Origin: Candidatus Aenigmatarchaeota archaeon
Lineage (GTDB): Archaea > Aenigmatarchaeota > Aenigmatarchaeia > QMZP01
Length of the DNA: 64,000 nucleotides
Assembly (NCBI GenBank): GCA_043824495.1
Contig: JBDRSV010000015.1
Span: 1 to 64,000 of the forward strand
Direction: 5' to 3'
Positions 29,682-39,926 of this stretch are shown here, piece after piece. Position numbers and translations under genes: made by a program. Numbering within the stretch: position 1 is the first letter of the stretch; each line of letters starts with the position of its first letter. The notes below the pieces were generated by a model. The model was not told the DNA's origin. It searched no databases and worked only from the letters and a program-made list of their open reading frames with translations.

Positions 29682-32600
29682 ATGAGAACGGGTACTAGTA
29701 AAATTCTGATAATTTTGTTTTTCGCATTGGCATTAACCTTATTTACTAGTTATGTTCTTGCAGGAAATTTTGAGAGTAGTTCTTCACCGTCTACAGTTGA
29801 ATCTGGTGCAACAGAAGTTCTTCTAAACTTCACTATTAACAACAATGCTACTGGATTTAATTTAACAAATGTTACTTTACAACTACCTTCTAATTTCACA
29901 TTTATCACAGATACAAACTCTACAACAGGAATAAGCACACACTTTACTAACACATCATCTAACATTACTTGGGGTAACATCTCTACTTGGATAATCGGTA
30001 ATGGAACAGGTAGCCCAAGTTCGGAATTCTTTGTATTCAATGTTAGCGTATCATCAGGTGCTCAGACAGAAGATGTTCTTGTATTTACAGTTCATGAAGA
30101 CATGACAAGTAACTCAACAACAGTTCAAGTAGTAGTTAATGATAGTACACGACCATCTAGCATAGACTATATGACACCAACACCGGCAGCAAGTTCTTTC
30201 CAGAGTTCAAATACCGTTTCAGTTAATGTAACATTTGTTGATATCAATCCAGGAAGTTGTATTTTCGAATTCAGTAATGGAACAGCAGTAAATTACACAA
30301 ACAGCATACCTCTTTCTTATGCATGTTCATTTAATTTCGGAGCTCAGCCAAGCGTTCCAATCAATGTAACAGTTTTCGTAAATGACAGCTCAGGGAATAT
30401 AAATAGTTCTGCCTTCTTAAATTTCACAATTGATGCAACTCAACCTTCAGCAATTGATTTCTTAGCACCAACTCCAACTGAAAGTGTATTCAGTACAGAT
30501 ACAACTCCATCAGTAAATGTAACTTTCACAGAAACCAATTTCGCAAACTGTACAATTGTTTGGTACAACACAACAGGTGCAGCAGCAGGACAAAATCTAA
30601 CAAACACAGCAAGCAATACTAGTTCATGTTCACTTACTATACCAACTCAAGCATCAGGAGAGGTAAACACAACAGTATTTGTATACGATGCAGCAGGAAA
30701 TGCAAACACAACAGTAAACAGAAATTGGACAATTGATGCAACTCAACCATCAGCAATTGACTTCTCAACACTAACACCAGCAGCCGGCGCATTTGACACT
30801 GACACAACACCAATTGTAAATGTAACTTTCACAGAGACAAATGTTGTAAGCTGTGTGATGACATGGTACAATGTAGCAACACCTGCAGGTTCAAACACCA
30901 CCAACACAACAATAGTTGGTAATTCATGTATGTTTAATAATATCAGTGCGCAATCAGAAGGAGAAGTAAATGTGACTGTTTTCGTAAATGACGCTGCTGG
31001 TAATTCAAATTTAACAACAAACAGAAACTGGACAGTTGACTCCACAGGTCCTTCAGCAATTTCATTCTCAGTACCAACTGATGGTTCATTCCAATTAACA
31101 AGTGCTGTAACATTATATGGTGCATTCGCAGAAACAAATGCAGAAAGATGTATATTCGAAGTATCTAACACAACAAGTAACAATATAAACTATACAAACT
31201 CAACACCTGGATCCTCTACATGTACAATTACACTTACATTTGCATCAGGAAATGTTAATGCAACTCTTTATGTAAATGATAGTGCTGCTGTTCTCAATAG
31301 TTCTACTCTTCTTAATTTCACAGTAGATGCAACACTTCCATCTGCAATTGATTTCTTAGCACCAACACCAGCTGAGGGAGCATTTAGCACAGATACAACA
31401 CCATCAGTGAATGTAACTTTCACAGAAACCAATTTCGCAAACTGTACAATTACATGGTACAACACAACAGGAGCTGCAGGTGGTCAAAACTTCACAAACA
31501 CAGCAAGTAATACTAGTGCATGTTCACTTACTTTACCAACACAATCAAGCGGAGAAGTTAATACAACAGTATTTGTTTATGATGCAGCAGGAAATGCAAA
31601 TGCAACTGAGAATAGAAACTGGACAGTTGACTCTGCGGGTCCTTCAGCAGTTGACTTCTCAACACTAACACCAGCTGAGGGAGCATTCGATACTGACACA
31701 ACACCAATTGTGAATGTAACTTTCACAGAAACTAATGCAATAAATTGTACAATGGTGTTATATAACACGACAACCGCAGCAGGCGCAAACGTCACAAACT
31801 CAACATTACTTGGCAATTCATGTATGTTTAATAATATCGGTGCACAACCACAAGGGGAATTGAATGTAACAGTGTTTGTTTATGATGCTGTAGGTAATGT
31901 AAATACAACAGTAAACAGAAACTGGACAATTGATTCAACACTTCCAACAGCAGCGGACTTCGTATCACCAACACCAGCTGAGGGAGCATTCAGTACTAGC
32001 GCAAATCCAATAGTCACTGTGGTGTTCACAGAAATAAACCCAGTGAATTGTACAATTACATGGTACAACACAACAGGTGCAGCAGCAGGACAGAACTTTA
32101 CAAACACGTCAGAAGGTACTAATTCATGTTCATTTAATGCAACAACTCAATCAAGCGGAGAAGTTAATGTAACAATATTCACTCACGATGCCGCAGGTAA
32201 TGTTAACGCAACAGTAAACAGAAACTGGACAGTTGATACAGTATTACCTGCAGCAATTGACTTTGTATCACCAATGTCAGCAGCTAACGCTAATGTGACA
32301 GTTCCTTATGTATACGTAAACGCAACATTCACTGAAACCTTTGCAAACTCATGTACAGTTCAAATTGCAAATGCTTCTGTTACAAACTTTACGGGAACAA
32401 TATCAGGAAACTATTGTTTCTTCAATGCTTCACAATCAACTGATGGTCCTTGGAACTTCACAGTATATTTAGTAGATGCAGCTGGAAATACAAATTCTAC
32501 AATAACAAGAACAGTTAATCTGAACTTGAACTCACCAGAAGTTGTTATAAACTCACCTTCTTCAAACAATTCATGGTATAATGCAAGCTTTGTGTTAAAC

Positions 32601-33896
32601 ACAACAGCAGCAAATCTAGTGTGGATTACGCAGTACAGATATGAAAATGTGTCTGTAAATTCAAGTTGGGTAGCAATGACAGATTCTAATATATCCAATG
32701 AATACTGGAATGCAACATTCAACATATCAACAGTAGTTGAAGGTAATTACACATTCAGAATAAATGCAACAGATTCTGATTTCAATTCAAATACAACTGA
32801 GACCATGGTAATATGGATTGACACAACAAACCCAACAATATCAGCATTCTCATTATCATCTGCAACACCTACGGTTGGTGCTACAGTTACAGGAACATGC
32901 ACAGCTACAGACAACTTAGACACATCTGTAACAACTGTAATAACTGGTATAGATACCACATCAACAGGATCTAAGACGGCAACATGTACAGCTGTGGACA
33001 ATGTAGGAAACGTGGTCACATCTACAGCTAGTTACACTGTGTCAGCTGCGGCAGGTGGTGGCGGAGGCGGCGGAGCAGCCGGAGGTAATGCATACGATAA
33101 CAAGAGTAAGAAGCATGATTTAATACCAGGTAAGGGTTTGCAAGGTAACACCAAATTACAAACAGCACTAGAAAAAGTTCTTGGTAAAGGAAAGATGAAT
33201 GAAAACGCCATACAAAACTTGATGAGATTATCAGAATCCATAGTTCAAGAAGTTGATGCTAACAGAGTAATGAGTAGAGAGACAGGTAAAACAAGATTTG
33301 ATCTAACATTGAAATACAAAGGACAGAAGAAAATTAAGAACTTGGTAGTCTGGGACAAGTTACCAAAGGCATTTGCAGCACATACAGACAATATTAGTGT
33401 GAATGTAACTGGAGCAACAATAGAAATTGTTGAAACAGATCCAGAATACTTATTCGTGTTTGATGAAGTCGCACCACAACAAGAGATTGTCATTTCTTAT
33501 GAAGTGGCAAGATTAGCTGCAGCAACTACAGTAGACGATGCAGAAGTAGAGATATATGCAGAAGGGTTAGAAGAAGTCGGTGATGTGTGTGGTAACGGTG
33601 TTTGTGAAACAGGCGAGAACTCTGATAATTGTTTAGTTGATTGTCCTCTTATAGCAGATACGTGTAATGCAGGTGAAAAGAGATGCTCGGGAAATAGCAT
33701 ACAAGAATGTATAGAAGATGGGACAGATTGGAGAACAATTGACACATGCCAACATGGATGTGCAAATAATGTTTGTGTTGAAAGACCAGCTGCGGATGTA
33801 GTTGATTACATGCTATTATATGCGGGTGTTTTGGTAGTAATCATAATCATCATTATAATTGTCTTAGTTGTCCTGCATCAGAAGAGAAAATTCTAA
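29682..33896 (+). CDS. Large repeat-containing cell-surface glycoprotein
   Basis: Signal peptide; about 8 tandem ~100-aa Ig-like repeats ('D.T.PSA.DF..PTP...NRNWT'); Gly linker; Cys-rich repeats; C-terminal TM. Confidence 0.88.
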   Translation: MRTGTSKILIILFFALALTLFTSYVLAGNFESSSSPSTVESGATEVLLNFTINNNATGFNLTNVTLQLPSNFTFITDTNSTTGISTHFTNTSSNITWGNISTWIIGNGTGSPSSEFFVFNVSVSSGAQTEDVLVFTVHEDMTSNSTTVQVVVNDSTRPSSIDYMTPTPAASSFQSSNTVSVNVTFVDINPGSCIFEFSNGTAVNYTNSIPLSYACSFNFGAQPSVPINVTVFVNDSSGNINSSAFLNFTIDATQPSAIDFLAPTPTESVFSTDTTPSVNVTFTETNFANCTIVWYNTTGAAAGQNLTNTASNTSSCSLTIPTQASGEVNTTVFVYDAAGNANTTVNRNWTIDATQPSAIDFSTLTPAAGAFDTDTTPIVNVTFTETNVVSCVMTWYNVATPAGSNTTNTTIVGNSCMFNNISAQSEGEVNVTVFVNDAAGNSNLTTNRNWTVDSTGPSAISFSVPTDGSFQLTSAVTLYGAFAETNAERCIFEVSNTTSNNINYTNSTPGSSTCTITLTFASGNVNATLYVNDSAAVLNSSTLLNFTVDATLPSAIDFLAPTPAEGAFSTDTTPSVNVTFTETNFANCTITWYNTTGAAGGQNFTNTASNTSACSLTLPTQSSGEVNTTVFVYDAAGNANATENRNWTVDSAGPSAVDFSTLTPAEGAFDTDTTPIVNVTFTETNAINCTMVLYNTTTAAGANVTNSTLLGNSCMFNNIGAQPQGELNVTVFVYDAVGNVNTTVNRNWTIDSTLPTAADFVSPTPAEGAFSTSANPIVTVVFTEINPVNCTITWYNTTGAAAGQNFTNTSEGTNSCSFNATTQSSGEVNVTIFTHDAAGNVNATVNRNWTVDTVLPAAIDFVSPMSAANANVTVPYVYVNATFTETFANSCTVQIANASVTNFTGTISGNYCFFNASQSTDGPWNFTVYLVDAAGNTNSTITRTVNLNLNSPEVVINSPSSNNSWYNASFVLNTTAANLVWITQYRYENVSVNSSWVAMTDSNISNEYWNATFNISTVVEGNYTFRINATDSDFNSNTTETMVIWIDTTNPTISAFSLSSATPTVGATVTGTCTATDNLDTSVTTVITGIDTTSTGSKTATCTAVDNVGNVVTSTASYTVSAAAGGGGGGGAAGGNAYDNKSKKHDLIPGKGLQGNTKLQTALEKVLGKGKMNENAIQNLMRLSESIVQEVDANRVMSRETGKTRFDLTLKYKGQKKIKNLVVWDKLPKAFAAHTDNISVNVTGATIEIVETDPEYLFVFDEVAPQQEIVISYEVARLAAATTVDDAEVEIYAEGLEEVGDVCGNGVCETGENSDNCLVDCPLIADTCNAGEKRCSGNSIQECIEDGTDWRTIDTCQHGCANNVCVERPAADVVDYMLLYAGVLVVIIIIIIIVLVVLHQKRKF
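30140..32520 (+). repeat. Intragenic tandem repeats (~300 bp) with an 894-bp higher-order period
   Basis: GCAATTGATTTCTTAGCACCAAC at 30450 and 31344; GCA(A/G)TTGACTTCTCAACACTAACACCAGC at 30753 and 31647. Confidence 0.85.
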
Positions 33897-34297
33897 GCTT
33901 CGAGCCTATAGAAAGCATTTGTTTCTGATCGAACCCCTCTCCTCAGTCGAATATCTAGATCTAGTGTAGCATTAACTCCAGGTATGGGTGATGGACAATC
34001 TAGACTATTCTTCGAATTCCCGAAATCAACTGCATAACCATTTCTAAAGTTATGATTCTCCAAATAACTAAATAACGCAGCAACATTAGAACTTTCTTCA
34101 CCACAATCTTCCCAGCTCACATGCATAGTGTCATTAACTAGATCCTTCAAATCTTCTATAAGATACTTGTCATTTACATCGAATGTGGACACAGTGTCAA
34201 TTGATGTGTACTGGAAGAAACTTTGTTGTACAGCAAATATGAGAGATACGAGAAATACCATTGTTACAATAAACATCTGTGCTTTCTTCACAGCCAT
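33893..34297 (-). CDS. Pilin-like protein
   Basis: MAVKKA|QMFIVTMVFLVSLIF. Confidence 0.7.
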   Translation of the reverse strand: MAVKKAQMFIVTMVFLVSLIFAVQQSFFQYTSIDTVSTFDVNDKYLIEDLKDLVNDTMHVSWEDCGEESSNVAALFSYLENHNFRNGYAVDFGNSKNSLDCPSPIPGVNATLDLDIRLRRGVRSETNAFYRLEA

Positions 34298-34413
34298 GAT
34301 TAGAATTTGTTTTCTTGCTAATTAAATGTGAGCTTAGAAGCCGGACCTAAAAAATTGCGCCTATTGGCATACTGGCACGGTCCTACCCTTCGGTTTATAT
34401 CAAGAACCATCAA

Positions 34414-35409
34414 TTGTTAATAGTGATAACCATTAACAAGAAGCTAACATCTGATGATTCAAAGAGAATTAAAAGACTTTATTTATCAGGAGAATCAATA
34501 TTTACTATATCTGAGAGTCTCCATGTAAATCCGTCAACAATTTGCGATCATTTAGAAAAGAGTGGAATTAAGAGACGTTCTGCTAGAGAAGCTGGAATTC
34601 TAGCTTCCAAAAGAGGCAGATTGAAAAAACATGAGATACCCAAGTCTTCAAGAAAAATGACAGAAGAAAAAGCATATATTTTAGGTGTTATAGTTGGAGA
34701 CGGTTGGTTACATAAAACAAAAAATGATTCTTATCAAATAGGACTGCAGGCAATTGATATGGATTTTGTCTATGAATTTATACGATGTTTTGAGAAGGTT
34801 TATGAATTAAAACCAAAGGTAACGTTGATTGAAGAGAAAACACCAAATTGGAATGATAAGTTACAAGCTCGAATTTGTAGCAAAAATATATTTAATGACA
34901 TCATGAGTTATGGGAATGTGGGAAAGTATGAGTGGACTGTACCTAAAATTGTCTTCAATTCACCAGAAAACATTAAATGTGCTTTTCTTAAAGGATTTTT
35001 TGACTCTGAAGGGTGTGTAGACAAAAGTAAGAAAATTATTACCAATTCTGTGAGTCTTGGTCTTTATGATATAAAAAGTCTATTAGTTTCTATGGACATC
35101 AGATCCAATATTATAAAGATTACTAAAGTGAAAGGAAATCGCAAAATGCGTTACGATCTCAATATTACAGGAAGAAGTTATATTGAATTGTACGCCCAGA
35201 GAATCGGATTTTCTATAAAAAGAAAAGAGAGAAAATTAGAAATTTTACTTAATAATTATAAATTGAGAACAACTCCGCATCAAGATGTCATTAAACTTAA
35301 AGACGATATACTAGAAATGAGGAATAAAGGATTCTCTTATCAAAAAATAGCAGACAGATTGAATATAGGAATAACTACAGCATGGAATTATGTAAATAAA
35401 TCCAGTTAA
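34414..35409 (+). CDS. Free-standing double-motif LAGLIDADG endonuclease-like protein with N- and C-terminal HTH
   Basis: 'AYILGVIVGDG' and 'AFLKGFFDSEG'; HTH-like helices at both ends; start uncertain (TTG 34414 or GTG 34423). Confidence 0.88.
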   Translation: MLIVITINKKLTSDDSKRIKRLYLSGESIFTISESLHVNPSTICDHLEKSGIKRRSAREAGILASKRGRLKKHEIPKSSRKMTEEKAYILGVIVGDGWLHKTKNDSYQIGLQAIDMDFVYEFIRCFEKVYELKPKVTLIEEKTPNWNDKLQARICSKNIFNDIMSYGNVGKYEWTVPKIVFNSPENIKCAFLKGFFDSEGCVDKSKKIITNSVSLGLYDIKSLLVSMDIRSNIIKITKVKGNRKMRYDLNITGRSYIELYAQRIGFSIKRKERKLEILLNNYKLRTTPHQDVIKLKDDILEMRNKGFSYQKIADRLNIGITTAWNYVNKSS

Positions 35410-36704
35410 GGGACTAGTCTTTCTGGAGTACGTGGAAATAATATGGCTTCCTTTATATTCTCTAAATGTAACATTTGCTGTACCATACGTTCAATACCGA
35501 AGCCACATCCTCCATGGGTAGCAACTCCATATCTAAAGGCATCTACATAGAATTTGAAATCCTTTGGGTCTAATCCTTTCTGTTTCATTACTTTCATGAG
35601 TTCTTCAGATCTGTGCTCTCTCTGTCCACCCGAAGCCATTTCCATGCTTCTGTATATACAATCATAACTATGGCTCTCTTTGCCGTCCATCATAACGTAG
35701 AAAGGTTTGAGTTTAGAAGGGAATCTTGTGACAAAATACCATTCATGTCCTTGTTTAGTCATGTATTCTCCTATCACCTTCTCTTCCGGGTCCATCATAT
35801 CTTCTCCCCACTCAAATTTAACATTCTGCTTCTCAAGTATCTTAATCCCATCAGTATAAGTGATCCTCTTGAAAGGTGTGTTCGGAACAGTCAAGTCCTT
35901 AATGCTCAATATATCTAATTCTTGTTTACAATTCTTCAAAACCCCTTTGATTATATGAACAACCATATTTTCTACAGTCTTCAATACATCTTCCATAGAA
36001 TCTATCCATGCTTGCTCAAAATCAAGAGATAAGAACTCAGAAACATGCCTTCTTGTGTGGAACTTCTCAGCTCTGAACGCTGGACCTATCTCATACACAC
36101 GATCTAAGCCAGAAGCCATTAAGATTTGCTTGTAAAGTTGTGGTGACTGTCTCAAGAATGCCTTGTTTTTGTAATAATCAACACTAAATAGGGTAGCTCC
36201 ACCCTCTGCTCCTGCTGCTTGTATAACTGGAGTGTGAGTCTCTATGAATCCATCACTTTCCAAGAAGTTCCTTGCAGCTGTCAAAGCTGCATCTTTGATC
36301 TTGAAAACAGCTTGTATTTTAGGGTTTCGTATGTCTATGAACCTATAATCAAATCGTGTATCCTTACCAGATTCTATCTTATCTGTTGTTTCTAATGGTA
36401 AAGGAGTTTCTGCTTTATTCACAATTTCTATACTATCCGGAATAATTTCTTTTCCTCCAGGTGCTGCTGGAGCTTGTTTTACCTTACCCTTAACTATGAC
36501 ACAGTCTTCTCTATGTAATTCATCTACTAAAGAGAATAACTTTTCAGAAACATCCGTCTTCTTAGCTGTTATTTGTATGAAGCCTGTTCTATCTTTTAGC
36601 TTGAAAAACTTAAGTCCACCTAGACTTCTTACCTTGTCGACCCATCCCTTCACGATTACTTCTTGGCCAACATCCGCATCCCGAGAAAACACCCTCTGAC
36701 TCAT
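35406..36704 (-). CDS. aspS: Aspartyl-tRNA synthetase, archaeal type
   Basis: OB-fold, AEGGATLF, LRQSPQLYKQ, FRAE, GFGIER, FPRTPERL. Confidence 0.96.
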   Translation of the reverse strand: MSQRVFSRDADVGQEVIVKGWVDKVRSLGGLKFFKLKDRTGFIQITAKKTDVSEKLFSLVDELHREDCVIVKGKVKQAPAAPGGKEIIPDSIEIVNKAETPLPLETTDKIESGKDTRFDYRFIDIRNPKIQAVFKIKDAALTAARNFLESDGFIETHTPVIQAAGAEGGATLFSVDYYKNKAFLRQSPQLYKQILMASGLDRVYEIGPAFRAEKFHTRRHVSEFLSLDFEQAWIDSMEDVLKTVENMVVHIIKGVLKNCKQELDILSIKDLTVPNTPFKRITYTDGIKILEKQNVKFEWGEDMMDPEEKVIGEYMTKQGHEWYFVTRFPSKLKPFYVMMDGKESHSYDCIYRSMEMASGGQREHRSEELMKVMKQKGLDPKDFKFYVDAFRYGVATHGGCGFGIERMVQQMLHLENIKEAILFPRTPERLVP

Positions 36705-36802
36705 AATATCCTTTGTAAATCAATAACTTAAGAACTTATATATTTTCTAGTTTTATTCTGTTGGTTTAGCAAAGGAAATACAGGCTTCTCTGACATGGTG
36801 TA

Positions 36803-37045
36803 TCATGATGTGTCGTCTCTTATACGAAGACCAGGAGAAATATGTGGACCCTTATCAAAACTTAAATTCCCATCAGGACCTACATCATAAAACCATAACC
36901 CACCGTCTCTAACAACTAGACACATGCCTGGAGCTACTTGATTACCTGAAAATGCTGTCTGATACGCCTTTAAACCGGTCCCGCTGGTCGTGTTTGATAC
37001 TATATAGAAATATTTAAAAACACTATTTGAAGCGTCAAAACACAA
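36803..37045 (-). CDS. Hypothetical protein
   Basis: Only ORF in the intergenic gap; weak start. Confidence 0.3.
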   Translation of the reverse strand: MCFDASNSVFKYFYIVSNTTSGTGLKAYQTAFSGNQVAPGMCLVVRDGGLWFYDVGPDGNLSFDKGPHISPGLRIRDDTS

Positions 37046-37079
37046 AAGACTTTTTAAATTATAACATTATATACTCTTT

Positions 37080-37391
37080 ATGGCAGAACAAGACAATTTC
37101 AAGAGATTACCTTCTGTATTTAGACGGATTTCTGAAATAAAACAAGAAGATATAAGAATCAGCCTCATAGGAACTGTTCTAGATAAAAGTGAGACAACAA
37201 TAGCAGTGGATGACGGATCAGGCAAAATAGAGATAACATTTGAGGAGCCTGTGAAGACAGAAGTGAATAAACTTGTGCGAGTTTTTGGAACTGTTGTTCC
37301 AATGGATCAAGGATTTCAACTACGCGGAGAAATATTACAGGACATGAGCAAGCTGGATTTGGGTTTATATAAAAAAGCGATGAGTATTTAA
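37080..37391 (+). CDS. Small OB-fold protein (RPA small subunit-like)
   Basis: 'ISLIGTV....DDGSG...VRVFG' OB pattern, upstream of PCNA. Confidence 0.75.
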   Translation: MAEQDNFKRLPSVFRRISEIKQEDIRISLIGTVLDKSETTIAVDDGSGKIEITFEEPVKTEVNKLVRVFGTVVPMDQGFQLRGEILQDMSKLDLGLYKKAMSI

Positions 37392-37423
37392 AATATGGGG
37401 ATATAATATCACTAAGAGGTTGC

Positions 37424-38170
37424 ATGTTCAAATTAAAACTAGCTGATACGGATCTACTCAGAAATTCTATGCCTATTATCGCAGAGATTATAGATGAAGG
37501 CACATTCAAGATAGATAAAAATGGTATGAGCTTACTTTCTCCTGACAGAACAATGGTTTCTGTTGTAGATTTCAAGATTCTTTCTTCTGCATTTGAAGAT
37601 TTCAAAATTGATGGAGAAGAATCAATTGGATTGAACATGTCTAGTTTTGTTTCTGTTCTCAAAAGATTGAAGACAGGAGACAAACTAACACTGGAATCGT
37701 CCGAGAATAAACTCAGAATGATTATAGAAGGTAGTGGTATGAGAACATTCACATTGCCTATAATAGATGTACAATCTGAAAAACCGCCTCTTGATCAATT
37801 AGATTTTGGTGGAAAAGTAGAATTGGATTCAAGTATTGTTGAAGAGGGAATAGCTGATGCTGATATAATTGGTGATTCCGTAATTTTTGAAGCTGGTCCA
37901 AATATGTTCAAAATGCACTCCAAAGGTGATGTTTCTTCAACTGAATTGAGTATGGGTAAAGATAACCAAGGTATTACAGGCATAACAGCAGAAAACAACA
38001 TCAAAGCACAATACCCATTAGAATACTTGAAGAAAATGATTAAGGCAACTAAATTATCTAAACAAACAACAATAGAGTTCGGAAATGATTATCCTATGAG
38101 ACTCACATTCAAAGCAATAGACAAGATGTCTCTTAATTTTATTTTAGCACCAAGAGTAATAGAAGATTGA
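37424..38170 (+). CDS. pcn: DNA polymerase sliding clamp PCNA
   Basis: 'DRTMVSVVD', 'FGNDYPM', 'FILAPR'. Confidence 0.96.
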   Translation: MFKLKLADTDLLRNSMPIIAEIIDEGTFKIDKNGMSLLSPDRTMVSVVDFKILSSAFEDFKIDGEESIGLNMSSFVSVLKRLKTGDKLTLESSENKLRMIIEGSGMRTFTLPIIDVQSEKPPLDQLDFGGKVELDSSIVEEGIADADIIGDSVIFEAGPNMFKMHSKGDVSSTELSMGKDNQGITGITAENNIKAQYPLEYLKKMIKATKLSKQTTIEFGNDYPMRLTFKAIDKMSLNFILAPRVIED

Positions 38171-38171
38171 T

Positions 38172-38612
38172 ATGGATTATTCTGGCAGACCCGGAGTCGG
38201 AGTTTGTGTTCTTATTTACAAAGAAGGAAAAATACTTCTAGGCAAAAGACATGACGATCCTGTGAAAGCTGATTCTGAGCTACAAGGAGCAGGTAAATGG
38301 ACAGTGCCTGGAGGCAAACTAGACTTTGGTGAAGATATAATAGAAGGGGCAAAGAGAGAAGCCAAAGAAGAATGTGATATAGATGTTCATGATACTGAAT
38401 TAGTCAGCTTAACCAATGATATCAAAGGAGAAAGGCATTTCATTACAGTGGGTTTCTTAGCAAAAGAGTTCTCAGGAGAACCAAAAACAATGGAACCAGA
38501 TGAAATAACTGAATGGAGATGGTTCCCAGTAGATCAGTTACCACAACCAATATTTTTCCCAGCAGAAAAAGCAATCAAGAATTTCTTAGCTGGAGAACAA
38601 ATGAAATACTAA
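38172..38612 (+). CDS. NUDIX hydrolase
   Basis: Nudix box PGGKLDFGE..REAKEE. Confidence 0.92.
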   Translation: MDYSGRPGVGVCVLIYKEGKILLGKRHDDPVKADSELQGAGKWTVPGGKLDFGEDIIEGAKREAKEECDIDVHDTELVSLTNDIKGERHFITVGFLAKEFSGEPKTMEPDEITEWRWFPVDQLPQPIFFPAEKAIKNFLAGEQMKY

Positions 38613-39391
38613 TCTGTCATAGATAATATACCATGAAAATATAATTCTGTTGGATCAAGTCCATTTTTACCCCTTCGAGATTTACTGGCAACAACAACTG
38701 ATGTACTTATTTCATGTGCAAGAATACCTCTAGATTTTAATTCTATCGCATTGGCCATTGTCATGTGCCATCTCAAATCTTTTAGATAAGATGCATATGA
38801 TTCAGGACTAAGTAATGAAATATGACCAAGATAGTAATGATAATCCTCTAAACGAGAACCCAATTCTCCAAGCATTTTGTCTTTATCGTCATCTGGGTTT
38901 ACATTGGGTGGATGTTCTATTCTTTTTTTGATATACTCCAATTCTATTTTTCTGTGTTCTCTTGCAAGATGTTGTACTGGTGGCGCTTCTACTGGTTTGC
39001 CATCAACCCATCCCAGTTCTATTTTATCAATATCTATGTCATTATATAGGCTAGCTATTCCAGTTTCAATTTCTGGATCAAGATCAAAAACTGATATTGC
39101 TGCAAGGTCTGCAACACCATCTCTTATTAGAGCAGCATAAAAAGCGTTTTGTGTGTATTCACCGTTTCCTGCCGGCTGAAAAAGTCTATGTCTGCGTAGA
39201 ACACGTTTTACACTATATCTTAATAAATCACCTGGGTGTGCTTGTTGAGGGAAACCTACCGGACTGACGTTATATATTCCATGGGGTAAAGCAAGAAGTT
39301 TTTCTGCTTGGTTCACAAATCTTTCTCTTGTTGTTTTAGTGACAGTTATAAGAGTTTTGTCACTAAACTGTCGTTTTGGTAGGTCGCCCAT
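38609..39391 (-). CDS. Hypothetical protein
   Basis: 260-aa ORF, no recognised motif. Confidence 0.6.
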   Translation of the reverse strand: MGDLPKRQFSDKTLITVTKTTRERFVNQAEKLLALPHGIYNVSPVGFPQQAHPGDLLRYSVKRVLRRHRLFQPAGNGEYTQNAFYAALIRDGVADLAAISVFDLDPEIETGIASLYNDIDIDKIELGWVDGKPVEAPPVQHLAREHRKIELEYIKKRIEHPPNVNPDDDKDKMLGELGSRLEDYHYYLGHISLLSPESYASYLKDLRWHMTMANAIELKSRGILAHEISTSVVVASKSRRGKNGLDPTELYFHGILSMTD

Positions 39392-39492
39392 AAAATATAT
39401 ACGGGAAAAAATTTTATAAAAACAATGTGATCAGATACGATAATAGATAACATTATGACTAACAATCATAATATATTCCTACATTGTGACTT

Positions 39493-39885
39493 TCATACAC
39501 AATTTCCAGACACAAACAATCCCACTCTATCTGTTAATGTTGATTCACCTTCTGTTACGCCAACAATTATTTCTACTTTCTCACCCTCAAATCCATTGAG
39601 GTTGATATCTGTACTACAATACATTCCAATCATTGAATTTCCATCTGAAGAACTGTAAATACAGTTATCTAATGGAAAAGATGTAGCTAATTGCTCTCCT
39701 GATACAATTACTTTTGGGTTAAGAAGCTCATATCCTTTAGCTTCGACTACTAAAGGTGTAGTATCACCTACAGTAGTGCCATCAATTGGTTTAACTATTT
39801 CTATGTATGGGATTGCGTCTTCACTGGCTGCGTATGAAGGCCATATTAACAACAGTAAGATTGTTACTGCAATTATTCTTTTCAT
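39493..39885 (-). CDS. Small secreted Ig-like protein
   Basis: Signal peptide; 'IEIVKPIDGTTV' Ig-like start. Confidence 0.65.
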   Translation of the reverse strand: MKRIIAVTILLLLIWPSYAASEDAIPYIEIVKPIDGTTVGDTTPLVVEAKGYELLNPKVIVSGEQLATSFPLDNCIYSSSDGNSMIGMYCSTDINLNGFEGEKVEIIVGVTEGESTLTDRVGLFVSGNCV

Positions 39886-39926
39886 AATTCAAAGAAGGAG
39901 AACTTATTTACCTTGCTTTCGATTAT

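Noticed and set aside
34325-34410. Possible tRNA, HDV-like ribozyme or H/ACA RNA
   Set aside because: No D/T-loop consensus, no P3/L3 pseudoknot geometry, and the ACA is not adjacent to the stem; kept only as an unassigned structured element.
34414-35409. LAGLIDADG as an intein or intron ORF
   Set aside because: No Cys/Ser-1 or His-Asn splice motifs and no interrupted host gene on either side.
37165-37752. 195-aa minus-strand ORF
   Set aside because: Antisense shadow of the OB-fold and PCNA genes.
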